This document shows, piece by piece, positions 10,286 through 22,109 of a stretch of DNA of 64,000 nucleotides (the stretch's first letter is position 1; every line of letters begins with the position of its first letter). The notes under the pieces are model-generated. The model saw nothing but the letters and a program-made list of their open reading frames with translations. It was not told the DNA's origin and made no database searches. The DNA comes from an uncultured Clostridia bacterium (GTDB lineage: Bacteria > Bacillota > Clostridia > TANB77 > CAG-508), in contig CANQHI010000001.1 in NCBI GenBank assembly GCA_947623725.1, positions 37,442 to 101,441 of the forward strand, given 5' to 3'. Both the position numbers and the translations under genes were made by a program.

Positions 10286-11072
10286 CGTGATTTTCCCCTT
10301 CTTCTTTCTTTACATATTTTATATATTCAAAATCACTTTTTTTACTTCGATTTATCATTGTTTCGTATACTTGATTTCTAAGTAATTTTTCTGCTTCTTT
10401 GGTTGATACATTACTATCTGGATAAAATGGGCCATCAACATATTCTGTAATTTTTGGTTTATCATCTTTCCATTTATTATATGTAACTGTTATTGAATAT
10501 ACTGGGCAATTTAGCTTTACTGGATATCTAAATGATACTTCTTTAAAATTTCTAATTTTTGTATAATATGGCCACACATGTGCCTCTGGATATACTGCAA
10601 TAACATTCTTTCTTTTTATATATTTTTGTATTGCTTCTAAAAAATTTTTACTACTTTCAATATCTCCTGGAATTGGTAATGCACCTAACATTTTATTTGC
10701 AATTTTCATTCCTTTTATAGATACATTATTCGGATGAGCTATAATATATGCTCTTTTTGGAAAAGTAGTTAAAGTTGGCGTAAGCGTGTCTAAGATTTCT
10801 TGTGTATGATTTATATATACAAAATAACCAACATCTTTGCAATCCTTAAACTTTTGTCTATCTATAACTTTTACTTTAAACTTAATTTTAGAATAAATGT
10901 ATGCTAGAGGCATTGCTATCATTCTGTATAAAATAGTAGCTGATATATTCCAAAATATATTTTTATGTATATATTTATAATTTCCATCAATTTTTACTGG
11001 ATCTATTTTGCTACTTGTAAAATCATCATTTAGCTCATCTTTATAGTAAATTACTCTTTTTTCTTTACTCAT
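10278..11072 (-). CDS. PlsC-like acyltransferase
   Basis: 264 aa with an N-terminal TM segment, an INHTQEILD (NHxxxxD) motif and VYPEAHV. Confidence 0.7.
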   Translation of the reverse strand: MSKEKRVIYYKDELNDDFTSSKIDPVKIDGNYKYIHKNIFWNISATILYRMIAMPLAYIYSKIKFKVKVIDRQKFKDCKDVGYFVYINHTQEILDTLTPTLTTFPKRAYIIAHPNNVSIKGMKIANKMLGALPIPGDIESSKNFLEAIQKYIKRKNVIAVYPEAHVWPYYTKIRNFKEVSFRYPVKLNCPVYSITVTYNKWKDDKPKITEYVDGPFYPDSNVSTKEAEKLLRNQVYETMINRSKKSDFEYIKYVKKEEGENHDV

Positions 11073-11172
11073 AATTTTTCTTTCAAATTTTTAATCTCTT
11101 TAATTTTAATACAACAATTACAAAAAATCAATAATTTAAGTTAAAAAATCATTTTTTGTCGAATTATATAAG

Positions 11173-11301
11173 AAAGATTTAAAACATAATAGTTTGCAAT
11201 AGTGCGTAGCGACCAAAGGCGAAGCCTGCGAATGGAGCGATGAAACTTTTAAGTTTCATCTGCGACAACAAACTATAAAAACTATTATGTTTTAAATCTT
11301 T
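11173..11301. repeat. intergenic nested-hairpin element, copy B (full core)
   Basis: Perfect 22-nt AT-only inverted arms at 11173-11194 and 11280-11301. The core reads GCGTAGCGACCAAAGGCGAAGCCTGCGAATGGAGC, then an internal 10-bp hairpin (11239-11260), then TGCGACAACAA. Lies just 3' of obg. Confidence 0.75.
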
Positions 11302-11313
11302 ATAAATGTTAAA

Positions 11314-12606
<1,293 letters not shown>

Positions 12607-12756
12607 TCATTAGTTATAATATATATATTATACTAGATTTTATGTAAAATAGCAAGAAAAGTAGAAAGAACAATTTCTTTCCACTTTTTTACATATTATT
12701 ATATTTTTATTTGGTATTCTAATAATTAATTTTATATTTATTTTTAGGCTTACTTT

Positions 12757-13920
12757 TTATTTCATAATTTCTTCTGATAATTTGATTAAATTTTCTAAGT
12801 CTTTTTCTTTTAATGTTGATCTTATTGTAACAGTTGGTTCAACAATTTCTATATTTTTCATTGATGATAATATTTCTTTCATACATTTTGCTGAATTTGG
12901 AGCCCATGTTCCATTTTCCATAATACCAACTTTTCTATTTTGATAATTTTTTTCTTTTAAATCCATCAACAAATTTCTCATTGGTGAAAATATTTCCATA
13001 TCATGAGTAGATGAAGCAAAAATTATTTTTCCATATTTAAAGCAATTTTCTATTACTTCAGTCATATCTTCTCTTGCAATATCTGATAATTCTACTTTAA
13101 CTCCTTTTTCTTCTAATATTTCTTTTAATTTCTCACAAGCTTTATATGTGTTTCCATGAATAGATGCACATGCAATATATATGCCATCACATTCAACTTC
13201 ATACTTACTCCATATATCATATTTATTAATGTAGTAGTTTAAATTATCTTTTAATATTGGTCCATGTAAAGGGCAAATCATCTTTATATCCATTGACTTT
13301 GCTTTATTTAAAATAGATTGCACTTGCATGCTATATTTACCAACTATATTAAAATAATATCTTCTTGCTTCGCAATCCCACTCTTCATCTGTGTCTAGAG
13401 TTCCAAACTTTCCAAATCCATCAGCCGAAAATAATATTTTTTCTGTTTCTTCATATTCCATCATAACTTCTGGCCAATGTATCATTGGTGCCATAATAAA
13501 TTTAAGTTTGTGTTTTCCTAGATCTAAAACATCTCCATCTTTTACTTCTACTTTTCGTTTATCTAAATCTTTTATTTCAAAAAATTGTTGTAAAAATGCA
13601 AATGTTCTAAGATTTCCTACTAATTTTATATTTGGAAATTTACTTATAACTGTTTCTATATTATATGAATGGTCTGGCTCTAAATGAGATATTATTAAAT
13701 AATCTGGTTTTCTACCATTTAATGCCTTTTCTAAATTATCTAACCATTCTTCTGTTTTTCTTTTATCTATTGTTTCAAAAATTGCTATTTTTTCGTCTAT
13801 TATAATATAAGAATTATATGAAACTCCATTTGGAACTTTATATTGACTTTCAAATAAATCAATATCTTTATCATCTGCTCCTATATATTTTATATCATTT
13901 GAAATTACTATATCTTTCAT
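12757..13920 (-). CDS. FprA-family flavodiiron protein (MBL fold plus flavodoxin domain)
   Basis: 387 aa with the HLEPDHS metallo-beta-lactamase-like motif and a C-terminal flavodoxin-like domain. Confidence 0.8.
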   Translation of the reverse strand: MKDIVISNDIKYIGADDKDIDLFESQYKVPNGVSYNSYIIIDEKIAIFETIDKRKTEEWLDNLEKALNGRKPDYLIISHLEPDHSYNIETVISKFPNIKLVGNLRTFAFLQQFFEIKDLDKRKVEVKDGDVLDLGKHKLKFIMAPMIHWPEVMMEYEETEKILFSADGFGKFGTLDTDEEWDCEARRYYFNIVGKYSMQVQSILNKAKSMDIKMICPLHGPILKDNLNYYINKYDIWSKYEVECDGIYIACASIHGNTYKACEKLKEILEEKGVKVELSDIAREDMTEVIENCFKYGKIIFASSTHDMEIFSPMRNLLMDLKEKNYQNRKVGIMENGTWAPNSAKCMKEILSSMKNIEIVEPTVTIRSTLKEKDLENLIKLSEEIMK

Positions 13921-14036
13921 CTTTTTATGTATAATTTATGTAAATTTTCCTTTCTTTAATTTTGACTAAATTATTATATAAAGATTTTGTTACTTTGTAA
14001 ATATTTTTTTACTATATTTGTAATTATTGTTTGATA

Positions 14037-14075
14037 ATTTTACAAAATTGCATTTACTTTTTCACTTGACCTTAT
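14037..14075 (-). promoter_or_regulatory. conserved ~38-nt upstream motif shared with 22110..22146
   Basis: ATTTTACAAAATTGCATTTACTTTTTCACTTGACCTTAT versus ATTTTACCAAATCGCATTTACTTTTCACTTAACTTAT. On the gene strand it ends in a TAAAAT (-10-like) hexamer. Lies about 120-155 nt upstream of the fprA-like ATG. Confidence 0.4.
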
Positions 14076-14124
14076 TGTTTGATAATATCACATAATATAT
14101 TTAAAATATTATTTTACTTATCAA

Positions 14125-15220
14125 TTATATTTCACTAATTACTTTAGCTAAATATTTCATAGAATTCATACTCTCTTCTAAAGTATTTCCAGTTGCTCCA
14201 ACTTCTATTATACATCCACCTTTTGCTAGATGTTGATTATACTCTGCATTTCTTAAAATTAATGGTTTAAAAAGTCCGTGGATATAGTTCATTTGCCTTT
14301 TCCATAACCTTTACTGCAAACTTCAAATTTTGATTCCAATTATCATGATTTACACCAATTACAAACATTAGCTGTGATACATATTCTTCGCCAATTTTAA
14401 CTTTTGGAGCATAATTTGGATCAGCAATGGCATCTCTATGTAAATCAATTATTATATCAGTACCTTGATTATTATTTAAAGCATTTTGAGCAGTTATAAG
14501 TGACCTAGAGTAAGAACCATTATATGCTGGATAATCATGATATGTTTTGTCATGAATTACATTTATTCCATAAGTTCCAAGTGCTGCTTCTAATTCATCT
14601 CCAACTCTTGCAACTGAAAAATTCAAATCTATCGACCTATAATTTCCACTAGCTTCATAATTAAACTGCTCTGTAGGAGTATAACTTTCACAAGTATGTG
14701 TATGATAAATAATGACATTACTTTTATTAATATCAATATTAGGAATTAATATATCCTCATTAAGTTCTTTATCAGATGTATTATTTATTTGCACACCATG
14801 ATATTCATTTGTTGACCTTGCTGCAACACCGCTGTCAATTACTTCTGTTTTAAGTCCAGTTTTTGCTTCTTCAACTGTAATTTTATTTTCTTCACTTTTC
14901 TCTTCTATTTCATTTTGAACATCATCTTCTTTAATATTATTCTCTAAATTTTCTTTAAGATTTTCCATTATATCTAATTCTGACAAAAAAATAAATCTTG
15001 TCTTTTTTTCTTCTTTTGTAGTATTTCCATTTACTATATTTATTTGTGCTATTGTATCTGAGATGCAGCCTATAAGTGGTTTTTGAGTCTTTAATGATAT
15101 GCTTTGTGAATTATTTTTTTGTTTTGAAAAAGTTTGTAAAATAATTAATAACACTACTATTGGAATCAATACTCTTATAAAATATTTTATCAAATCTTTT
15201 ATTCTAAATACTTTTATCAT
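14125..15220 (-). CDS. spoIIP: stage II sporulation protein P; requires +1 shift at CGG 14276-14278
   Basis: The 317-aa ORF ends ...ANELYPRTF*. The +1 frame continues GLFKPLILRNAEYNQHLAKGGCIIEVGATGNTLEESMNSMKYLAKVISEI*, which is the conserved SpoIIP C-terminus. The junction restores LYPGL. Confidence 0.75.
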
Positions 15221-15404
15221 ATAAGTAATATATTCTTGTACTTATTATTTTATTCCTTTTTTATGTTGATTTATATTGACTCAAAAAAAATGTATATTTT
15301 TTCATAATTTAGAAAAAAATATACATAATTAATATATGTCAAACATTTCATAAATAAACAGTTTATAGGTATCTTTTTAAAAACCTAAATTTATTATATA
15401 AGGA

Positions 15405-17105
15405 ATGATTGAAATGGAGTTTAAAAAGCTAATTAAATCCTTATTTCAAGATGAACCAGATACTGATACCTCTTTTGTTTTGCCTGAAAAACCACAAGAT
15501 ACTGAAAATAAAAAACAACCAGAAGATCTATTAAAAAATAAAAGTGTATATCCTAATATAGATGTTAATTTAGAATATGTTCATTCTAGATTTAATTCTC
15601 TTATTAACTCTGATATTAAAATAAGAGAGTTCTTAATACATGTCAAAAATAAGCAATATAAATCTTTTATCATTTATATTGATGGAATGAGTGATAATGA
15701 TTCAATAAATGATTTTATTTTAAAACCTTTAATGATGAAAAATAATGCTAATTCTTATGATGGACCACAAATTATATCAGAAGCTATTGCTAATAATATT
15801 TCAGTTAGAAGAGTAAAAAAGTTTAATATGAACGATTACATTATGGATTGTTTACTTCCACAAAATGATGTAACGAGAGAAAATTCTTTTGATACCATCG
15901 CCGATGAAGTTGTCTCTGGCAATTGCGTTCTTTTTATAGATACACTTGATTTTGCGTTTAATATTTCAACAAAAAAGTTTGAAACTCGAAGTATATCTGA
16001 GCCTAAAAATGAACCCATCATAAGAGGTTCGCAAGAAGCTTTTGTAGAAAATTTAAGAACTAATACTTCTATGATTAGAAGAAATTTATCTAATGAAAAT
16101 TTGATTATTGAAAATTTAACAGTTGGAAAAATTGATAAAAATAAATGTGCTGTTTGTTATTTAAAAAATATTGCAAATCCTGATTTAGTAGCCGAAGTCA
16201 AATACAGAATTAATAATATTGATGTTGATTATTGCTTATCAGTTGGTGAATTAGAACAATTTATAAAAGACGATATAACAACTACATTGCCTGAGGCTGT
16301 TCAAACTGAAAGAGTTGATAGAGCTACATCATATCTACTACAAGGTAGAGTTGTCATTGTTTATAATGGTTGCCCCTATGTTTTAATAGTTCCTATTACT
16401 ATTTTTGACTTTTTAAAATCACAAGAAGATACCAACATAAATTATATTGCTGCAAATATGTTAAAAATTATTAGAGCAATTTCATTTGTTTTAACATTAC
16501 TACTTCCTAGTTTTTACATTGCAATTACGACATATCACAGTGAATTATTGCCCACTGACTTACTGTTTTCTATAGTTGCCTCTAGGTCATCAGTTCCATT
16601 CATGATAATTATAGAAATTTTGATTATGGAAGTATCTTTTGAAATTATACGTGAAGCTGGTTTAAGAGCTGCAAATTCTCTAGGTAATACTGTTGGAATT
16701 GTAGGAACACTTATATTAGGGCAAGCTGCAGTTGATGCTAGTATTGTTTCTCCAATTCTTATCATTATTGTTGCTATTACTGGTATTACTTCATTTGCAG
16801 TATTAGACTTTTCACTTAGTTTTCATTTAAGAATTGCAAGGTTTATTTATACAATTTTAGGAGCAATGGCTGGATTCTTTGGAATTGCAATTGGTTTATT
16901 TATACACTTAATTGCATTATGTTCTTTAAAATCTTTTGGTGTACCATATTTAGCACCTTATGCACCACTTAATCCTAGCAAAGATAACAGATACCTTTTA
17001 CGCCCTGCTTGGAAAAGAGAATTTAGAGATGACTATCTTGCTACAAAAAGACCTAGAACTCAAAGTCATATCAGCTTAAAATGGAGAAATTTAAAAAATC
17101 AATAA
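15405..17105 (+). CDS. spore germination protein, GerA (A subunit) family
   Basis: 566 aa with GerAA-type architecture: soluble N-domain plus a C-terminal TM bundle. First gene of a gerA-like tricistron. Confidence 0.85.
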   Translation: MIEMEFKKLIKSLFQDEPDTDTSFVLPEKPQDTENKKQPEDLLKNKSVYPNIDVNLEYVHSRFNSLINSDIKIREFLIHVKNKQYKSFIIYIDGMSDNDSINDFILKPLMMKNNANSYDGPQIISEAIANNISVRRVKKFNMNDYIMDCLLPQNDVTRENSFDTIADEVVSGNCVLFIDTLDFAFNISTKKFETRSISEPKNEPIIRGSQEAFVENLRTNTSMIRRNLSNENLIIENLTVGKIDKNKCAVCYLKNIANPDLVAEVKYRINNIDVDYCLSVGELEQFIKDDITTTLPEAVQTERVDRATSYLLQGRVVIVYNGCPYVLIVPITIFDFLKSQEDTNINYIAANMLKIIRAISFVLTLLLPSFYIAITTYHSELLPTDLLFSIVASRSSVPFMIIIEILIMEVSFEIIREAGLRAANSLGNTVGIVGTLILGQAAVDASIVSPILIIIVAITGITSFAVLDFSLSFHLRIARFIYTILGAMAGFFGIAIGLFIHLIALCSLKSFGVPYLAPYAPLNPSKDNRYLLRPAWKREFRDDYLATKRPRTQSHISLKWRNLKNQ

Positions 17106-17148
17106 ATTTATAAACAGCTTTGTAAAATATGAAAGGAGATAATAAATT

Positions 17149-18295
17149 TTGAATACTGATAAGTTAAATATAATTGAAGCAACTTTTTTAATTGTTATTG
17201 TTACTCTAAGCCACATTATTCTTAATTTGCCTAATTCTATTTTACGCTCAACCGGATCTGCTTCAATAATAAATGTTATATATATATCATTTTTAGCAAT
17301 AGTATTTTTCTTGATATTAAATAAATTATTTGAACCATTTTCTCGGAAAAGATATTCTTGATGTTTCAGAATATGTTGGTAATAAACCTTTACAAATAAT
17401 TACTTCTATTGTTTATTCATTATATTTAATTTTTGTATCAGGAATTTTAATATTAAATTTTTCTGAATTATTAAGATTAATATACTTTCCAAATGCAGCT
17501 ACTCCGCTAATAATTTTAATTTTCCTTTTGGTAGCTATGATTGCAAACAAATTAGGCTTTAAGAATATTGTAAAAAGCAATACATTAGTAATATTTGTTA
17601 TATTAGTAACTGTTGTTATAATATTTATAGCTTCGCTTGATAAAGTTGAATATCAACGAATCTTCCCTATAATGGGATTTGGAGTAAAAGAAACTTTTAT
17701 CGCCGGAAGTTTAAATGTATTTTCTTTTGGTGGATTACTTTTTCTATATTTAATCAGACCAAACCTTAAAGAACAAAAAGACTTTAAAAAAGTTGGAATA
17801 ATCTCAATTATACTTTCTGCAATCTATCTTTTATTAAGTGTTACTTCATTATTGTTATTATTTCCATTTTTAACAACAGGAACTGAAACCCTATCGGTAT
17901 ATATGAGTACTCGTACTATTGAATTTGGAAAATTTTTTGAAAGAGCAGATGCATTATTTATTTTAGTATGGATTTTTACATTTTTATCATATTTATCAGT
18001 TATAATTTCTTATATTACTAAAATGAATAAAAAAGCTTTTGGTGTAAAAAACTCTTCTCCTATAATTTATATAGTAGGAATCTTAATTTTTCTAGTATCT
18101 TTAATTCCTAAAGATTCTAGTCAAATATTATTTGCTGAAAATGTTATCTATAAATATTCTGCTCTTATAATAATTTTTGTATATAGTTTTCTAATTCTTT
18201 TAATTGGCTACTTTAAGAAAACTAGATTTAATTTAAAAAATAAAATACGTGCAAAAAGATTTTTAATTAATGTAAATAAGCCAAATACTAATTAA
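17149..18295 (+). CDS. spore germination permease, GerAB family; requires +1 shift at CGG 17344-17346
   Basis: TTG start after a GGAG RBS. Polytopic APC-like membrane protein split into 70-aa and 321-aa ORFs. The joined sequence reads ...LNKLFEPFS-GKDILDVSEYVGNKP... Confidence 0.75.
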
Positions 18296-18320
18296 GTATT
18301 TTTTAGAAAAAGGAGATCAA

Positions 18321-19559
18321 ATGAGGGCTAAAAAATTTTTAATACTATTGCTAGGCATATTAATAATATTATTTTCCTTTAGTAACAGTAGTTCTATAAA
18401 TTCAATTGATGAACTCGCATATGTTGTTGCTATTGGATTTGATGTTGGTCAAAATAATGATTTAACTATTAGTTTCCAGATTAATTCGCCATACTCATCA
18501 GACTCTGAAAAAAGTAGTGAAGGTTCTTCATCTGGAAGTTCTTCTACAATTAATACTGTTGAATGCAATAATCTTGATGTAGGAGTAAGTTTACTTAACA
18601 GTTATTTAAGTAAAAAAGTAAATATGACTCATTGCAAATATCTTATTTTTTCTGAGGAATTAGCTGCTAATGGTATAGGTGAATATATTTATAGTTTCAA
18701 AAATAATATTGAAATTAGACCAACTTGCAATATACTTGTTTCAAAATGCAGTGCAAAATATTTTTTAGAGAATTCTAAACCTGTTATTGATGAAGTTTCT
18801 GTAAAATACTTTGGTTTAGAAACTTCTTCTAAGAAAAATACAAGTTATACTGAACCTATTACATTAAAAGATTTCTTCTGTGATTTATCAGATACTTTTG
18901 GTAGTCCTTATGCAATACTTGGAAGTATAAGTGGATTAGATTCTAACAATGCAGGAAATGATTCTATGACACTTAATGATAAAGAATATACTGCAAAAGA
19001 ATCTGATGATAATTCTCAAAAAAATATAGAAAATCTTGGACTCGCTGTTTTTAAAAGTGATAAATTAGTTGGAGAAATTAGTGGATTAGAAACAATATGT
19101 CATTTAATTTTAAGTAACAATTTTGATAATGCTACTGTAGATATTCCAAGTCCTTTTGACGACTCAAATTATATTTCTTTATATATTTATAAAGCAAACT
19201 CTAAAAATACTGTTGAACTTGTTAATGATAATCCTTATATAAAATGTGATGTTAATTTAAAAATGAGATTACTAACTTCTTCAGAACATTCAAATTATAT
19301 GACTGATGAAAATAAGGCTTTAATTGAAGATTATGCTAATTCATATTTCTTAGCACATATTAACGACTATTTATATAAAACTTCTAAAGAATTTAATTCT
19401 GATATTTGTAAGTTTGGAAAATATGCTGTAAGCAAATTTTTAACTTGGAATGAATGGAAAAATTATGATTGGCTTAATAAGTATCAAAATGCATTCTTTA
19501 CTACTAATGTAAATAGTCATCTTTCTTCAAGTTATTTGCTAACAGAAACTAAGTCTTAG
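18321..19559 (+). CDS. Ger(x)C family spore germination lipoprotein
   Basis: 412 aa with an N-terminal signal/lipobox-like segment (LLGILIILFSFSNSS). Third position of the gerA-type operon. Confidence 0.8.
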   Translation: MRAKKFLILLLGILIILFSFSNSSSINSIDELAYVVAIGFDVGQNNDLTISFQINSPYSSDSEKSSEGSSSGSSSTINTVECNNLDVGVSLLNSYLSKKVNMTHCKYLIFSEELAANGIGEYIYSFKNNIEIRPTCNILVSKCSAKYFLENSKPVIDEVSVKYFGLETSSKKNTSYTEPITLKDFFCDLSDTFGSPYAILGSISGLDSNNAGNDSMTLNDKEYTAKESDDNSQKNIENLGLAVFKSDKLVGEISGLETICHLILSNNFDNATVDIPSPFDDSNYISLYIYKANSKNTVELVNDNPYIKCDVNLKMRLLTSSEHSNYMTDENKALIEDYANSYFLAHINDYLYKTSKEFNSDICKFGKYAVSKFLTWNEWKNYDWLNKYQNAFFTTNVNSHLSSSYLLTETKS

Positions 19560-19603
19560 AATATATTAAAAAGAGTAGTTGAAAAACTCTCTTTTTATAT
19601 AGT

Positions 19604-19638
19604 GAAAAAACACCTTGGGCTTTTATATTCCCCCAAGG
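19604..19638 (-). terminator. rho-independent terminator of rnr
   Basis: Stem CCTTGGG/CCCAAGG at 19613-19619 and 19632-19638, followed on the minus strand by TGTTTTTT. Confidence 0.6.
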
Positions 19639-19646
19639 TATATTTT

Positions 19647-21575
19647 TTAATCATCTGCTAACTTAAAATCAATTCTTCTTGTATCTTTATCTGCTGAAAG
19701 CACTTCTATTTTTATTTTGTCTCCAAGCTTATAAATTTTTCCTGTGTGTTCTCCAATTAAAGATTTATTATTTTCATTATAGATATAATAATCATCATCT
19801 AAATCATCAAATCTTATTAATCCTTCAATCGTATTTTCAAGTTCCACAAACATTCCAAAATTAGTTACACTTGAGATTATTCCATCATAAGTTTCTCCAA
19901 TTTTATCTTCCATAAATTCAGCTTTTTTCATATCTTCACTTTCTCTCTCAGCCTTTGTTGCAACTTGTTCACATTCTGATGAGCTTTCAGCATACTTTAC
20001 TGCTTGCATATTATATTTTTCTTTTAATTCTTCAGAAACATTATAGTCAGATTCTAAGTACTTACTAATTATTCTATGAATAAAAAGGTCCGGATATCTT
20101 CTAATTGGAGATGTAAAATGGCAATAATATTTACTAGCTATTCCAAAATGTCCTTTATTTTCTGCTTCATATCTTGCTACTTTTAAGGTTCTAAGTAAAA
20201 GATTAGATACAACTTTTTCTTCATCTTTTCCTTTAACATCTTCTAAAACAGTTTGAAATGCTTTTGGCTTTATATCATCTTTTTTGCCTTTAATTCTATA
20301 TCCAAAATTATATAAATATTTATTTAAGTCAGCTATTTTTTCCTCTTCTGGTTTTTCGTGAACTCTGTATATAAAAGGTGCCTCAAGCCAATAAAATCTT
20401 TCCGCTACTGTTTCATTTGCAAGTAACATAAATTGTTCAATGATTTCATTCGCAAAATTCGTATCATAAGCTCTTATATCTATTGGATAACCATATTTAT
20501 CAAGGGTTATTTTACTTTCTGGAATATCTAATGATAAATAACCATCTTTATTTCTTTTATTTTTTAATATAATAGCTAATTCCTTCATCCTATCAAAATG
20601 ATCAATATATTTTTCATATTTTTTTAATGTTTTATCATTTCTTCTTTCAATTATGTCAAACACATCATGATAATTCATTCTCTCAGTTACTCTAATTATG
20701 CTCTTTTTTATATCTGAATCAATTACATTTCCATCTTTATCTATTGTCATTATGCAAGATAAACAATATCTATCTTTTCCTTGATTTAAACTACATATAT
20801 CATTTGAAAGCTCTTTTGGAAGCATTGGTATAACTCTATCTAACATATACACACTTGTACCTCTTAATATTGCTTCCTTATCAAGTTTGCTTCCATCTTT
20901 TACATAATGGCTAACATCAGCTATATTTACCCCTAAAAGATATGTTCCATTTTCATTTTTTTCTACAAATACTGCATCATCTAAGTCTTTTGCATCTTCT
21001 CCATCTATTGTAAACATTTCTTTATCTCGTAAATCTAATCTGCCTTTAGAAATTATTTTTTCATTTAACTTTTTCTTAGCTTCATCTATAACATCTTGAG
21101 GAAATTCGTTTGGAAGTCTAAAAGCTTTAACAATTGAAAGCATATCTATTCCTGCTTCATCTTTATTCCCTAAAATTTCAATTATTTGCCCTTCTGCTTT
21201 TCTATTTCTTTCAGGATATTTTGTAATTTTTGCAACAACTTTTTCATTATTTTTAGCTTTTCCCCACTTTGACTTTGATACAAAAATATCACCTGTTATT
21301 TTTTTGTCATCAGGAATAATAAATCCAAAGTTTTTACTTTTCTTAAAAGTACCTACAACTTGGATTATATTTCTTTCTAAAACTTTTATAATTTTTCCTT
21401 CTAAATGGTCTCCTCTTTTCTTGCCTTCTATCAAAGCAAGCGATACTTTATCTCCATCCATTGCAGAATTAGAGTTTTCTTTTGCAATAAAAATGTCTGA
21501 TGAATTTTCCCCTATTTTTACGAAACCAAATCCTCTTTCGTTTGAATTGTATATTCCTTGAAGTAATTCCTTCAT
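19647..21575 (-). CDS. rnr: ribonuclease R
   Basis: 642 aa: cold-shock/OB N-domains, RNB catalytic domain (DGEDAKDLDDAV, HFTSPIRRYPD) and a C-terminal S1 domain. Confidence 0.9.
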   Translation of the reverse strand: MKELLQGIYNSNERGFGFVKIGENSSDIFIAKENSNSAMDGDKVSLALIEGKKRGDHLEGKIIKVLERNIIQVVGTFKKSKNFGFIIPDDKKITGDIFVSKSKWGKAKNNEKVVAKITKYPERNRKAEGQIIEILGNKDEAGIDMLSIVKAFRLPNEFPQDVIDEAKKKLNEKIISKGRLDLRDKEMFTIDGEDAKDLDDAVFVEKNENGTYLLGVNIADVSHYVKDGSKLDKEAILRGTSVYMLDRVIPMLPKELSNDICSLNQGKDRYCLSCIMTIDKDGNVIDSDIKKSIIRVTERMNYHDVFDIIERRNDKTLKKYEKYIDHFDRMKELAIILKNKRNKDGYLSLDIPESKITLDKYGYPIDIRAYDTNFANEIIEQFMLLANETVAERFYWLEAPFIYRVHEKPEEEKIADLNKYLYNFGYRIKGKKDDIKPKAFQTVLEDVKGKDEEKVVSNLLLRTLKVARYEAENKGHFGIASKYYCHFTSPIRRYPDLFIHRIISKYLESDYNVSEELKEKYNMQAVKYAESSSECEQVATKAERESEDMKKAEFMEDKIGETYDGIISSVTNFGMFVELENTIEGLIRFDDLDDDYYIYNENNKSLIGEHTGKIYKLGDKIKIEVLSADKDTRRIDFKLADD

Positions 21576-21687
21576 TTATATTGTTCGAATAATTTTATCT
21601 TTTAATAACTATTATTCGATTCTCCTTTCTTTATTTTCTCCTTTTTAAACGCAAAAAATGCATATATTTCTATATGCATTTCATATC

Positions 21688-21954
21688 TTATAATAAAACA
21701 AATACAATCGCTGTAACTACACTTAATATTGCAAATGTAACTCCTAATACTATTGTATTACGTTGTACTTTACCAGTTTTAGTTCTTCCTTTATTTTTTT
21801 GATAATATTTATTCGTGCTTGGATTCTCGTAAGTATCTTCTGCAGAATTGTTATTATCTTTTGATTGAAATGTTGTAATTAAAATTAATGCAATGCATAC
21901 TACAATATAAATTCCTAATAAGATGTATTTTACTACTGTCATTTTATGTATCAT
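21688..21954 (-). CDS. secG: probable preprotein translocase subunit SecG
   Basis: 88 aa with two TM helices separated by a polar loop. Located immediately upstream of rnr, as in the Bacillus secG-rnr arrangement. Confidence 0.5.
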   Translation of the reverse strand: MIHKMTVVKYILLGIYIVVCIALILITTFQSKDNNNSAEDTYENPSTNKYYQKNKGRTKTGKVQRNTIVLGVTFAILSVVTAIVFVLL

Positions 21955-22109
21955 TCCTTTCTTTTAAGAGATGTATTTATTTTTTGTTCTCTTGATTTCT
22001 TAAATTAGTATTAGCTTTAACTATTACTCTTTTTATATAACATATAATAGTTTATCACATATTTTAATAAAAATCAAGTATGCACATTTAGGATTTTTGA
22101 AATTACTGT

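Noticed and set aside
11195-11279. GC-rich cores of the nested elements as tRNA, tmRNA or riboswitch
   Set aside because: I could not fold a cloverleaf (no acceptor or T-arm pairing). There is no match to the riboswitch consensus sequences I know (c-di-GMP, fluoride, preQ1, ZTP, guanidine). The elements lie at gene 3' ends, not in 5' leaders. They are kept as an unclassified repeat instead.
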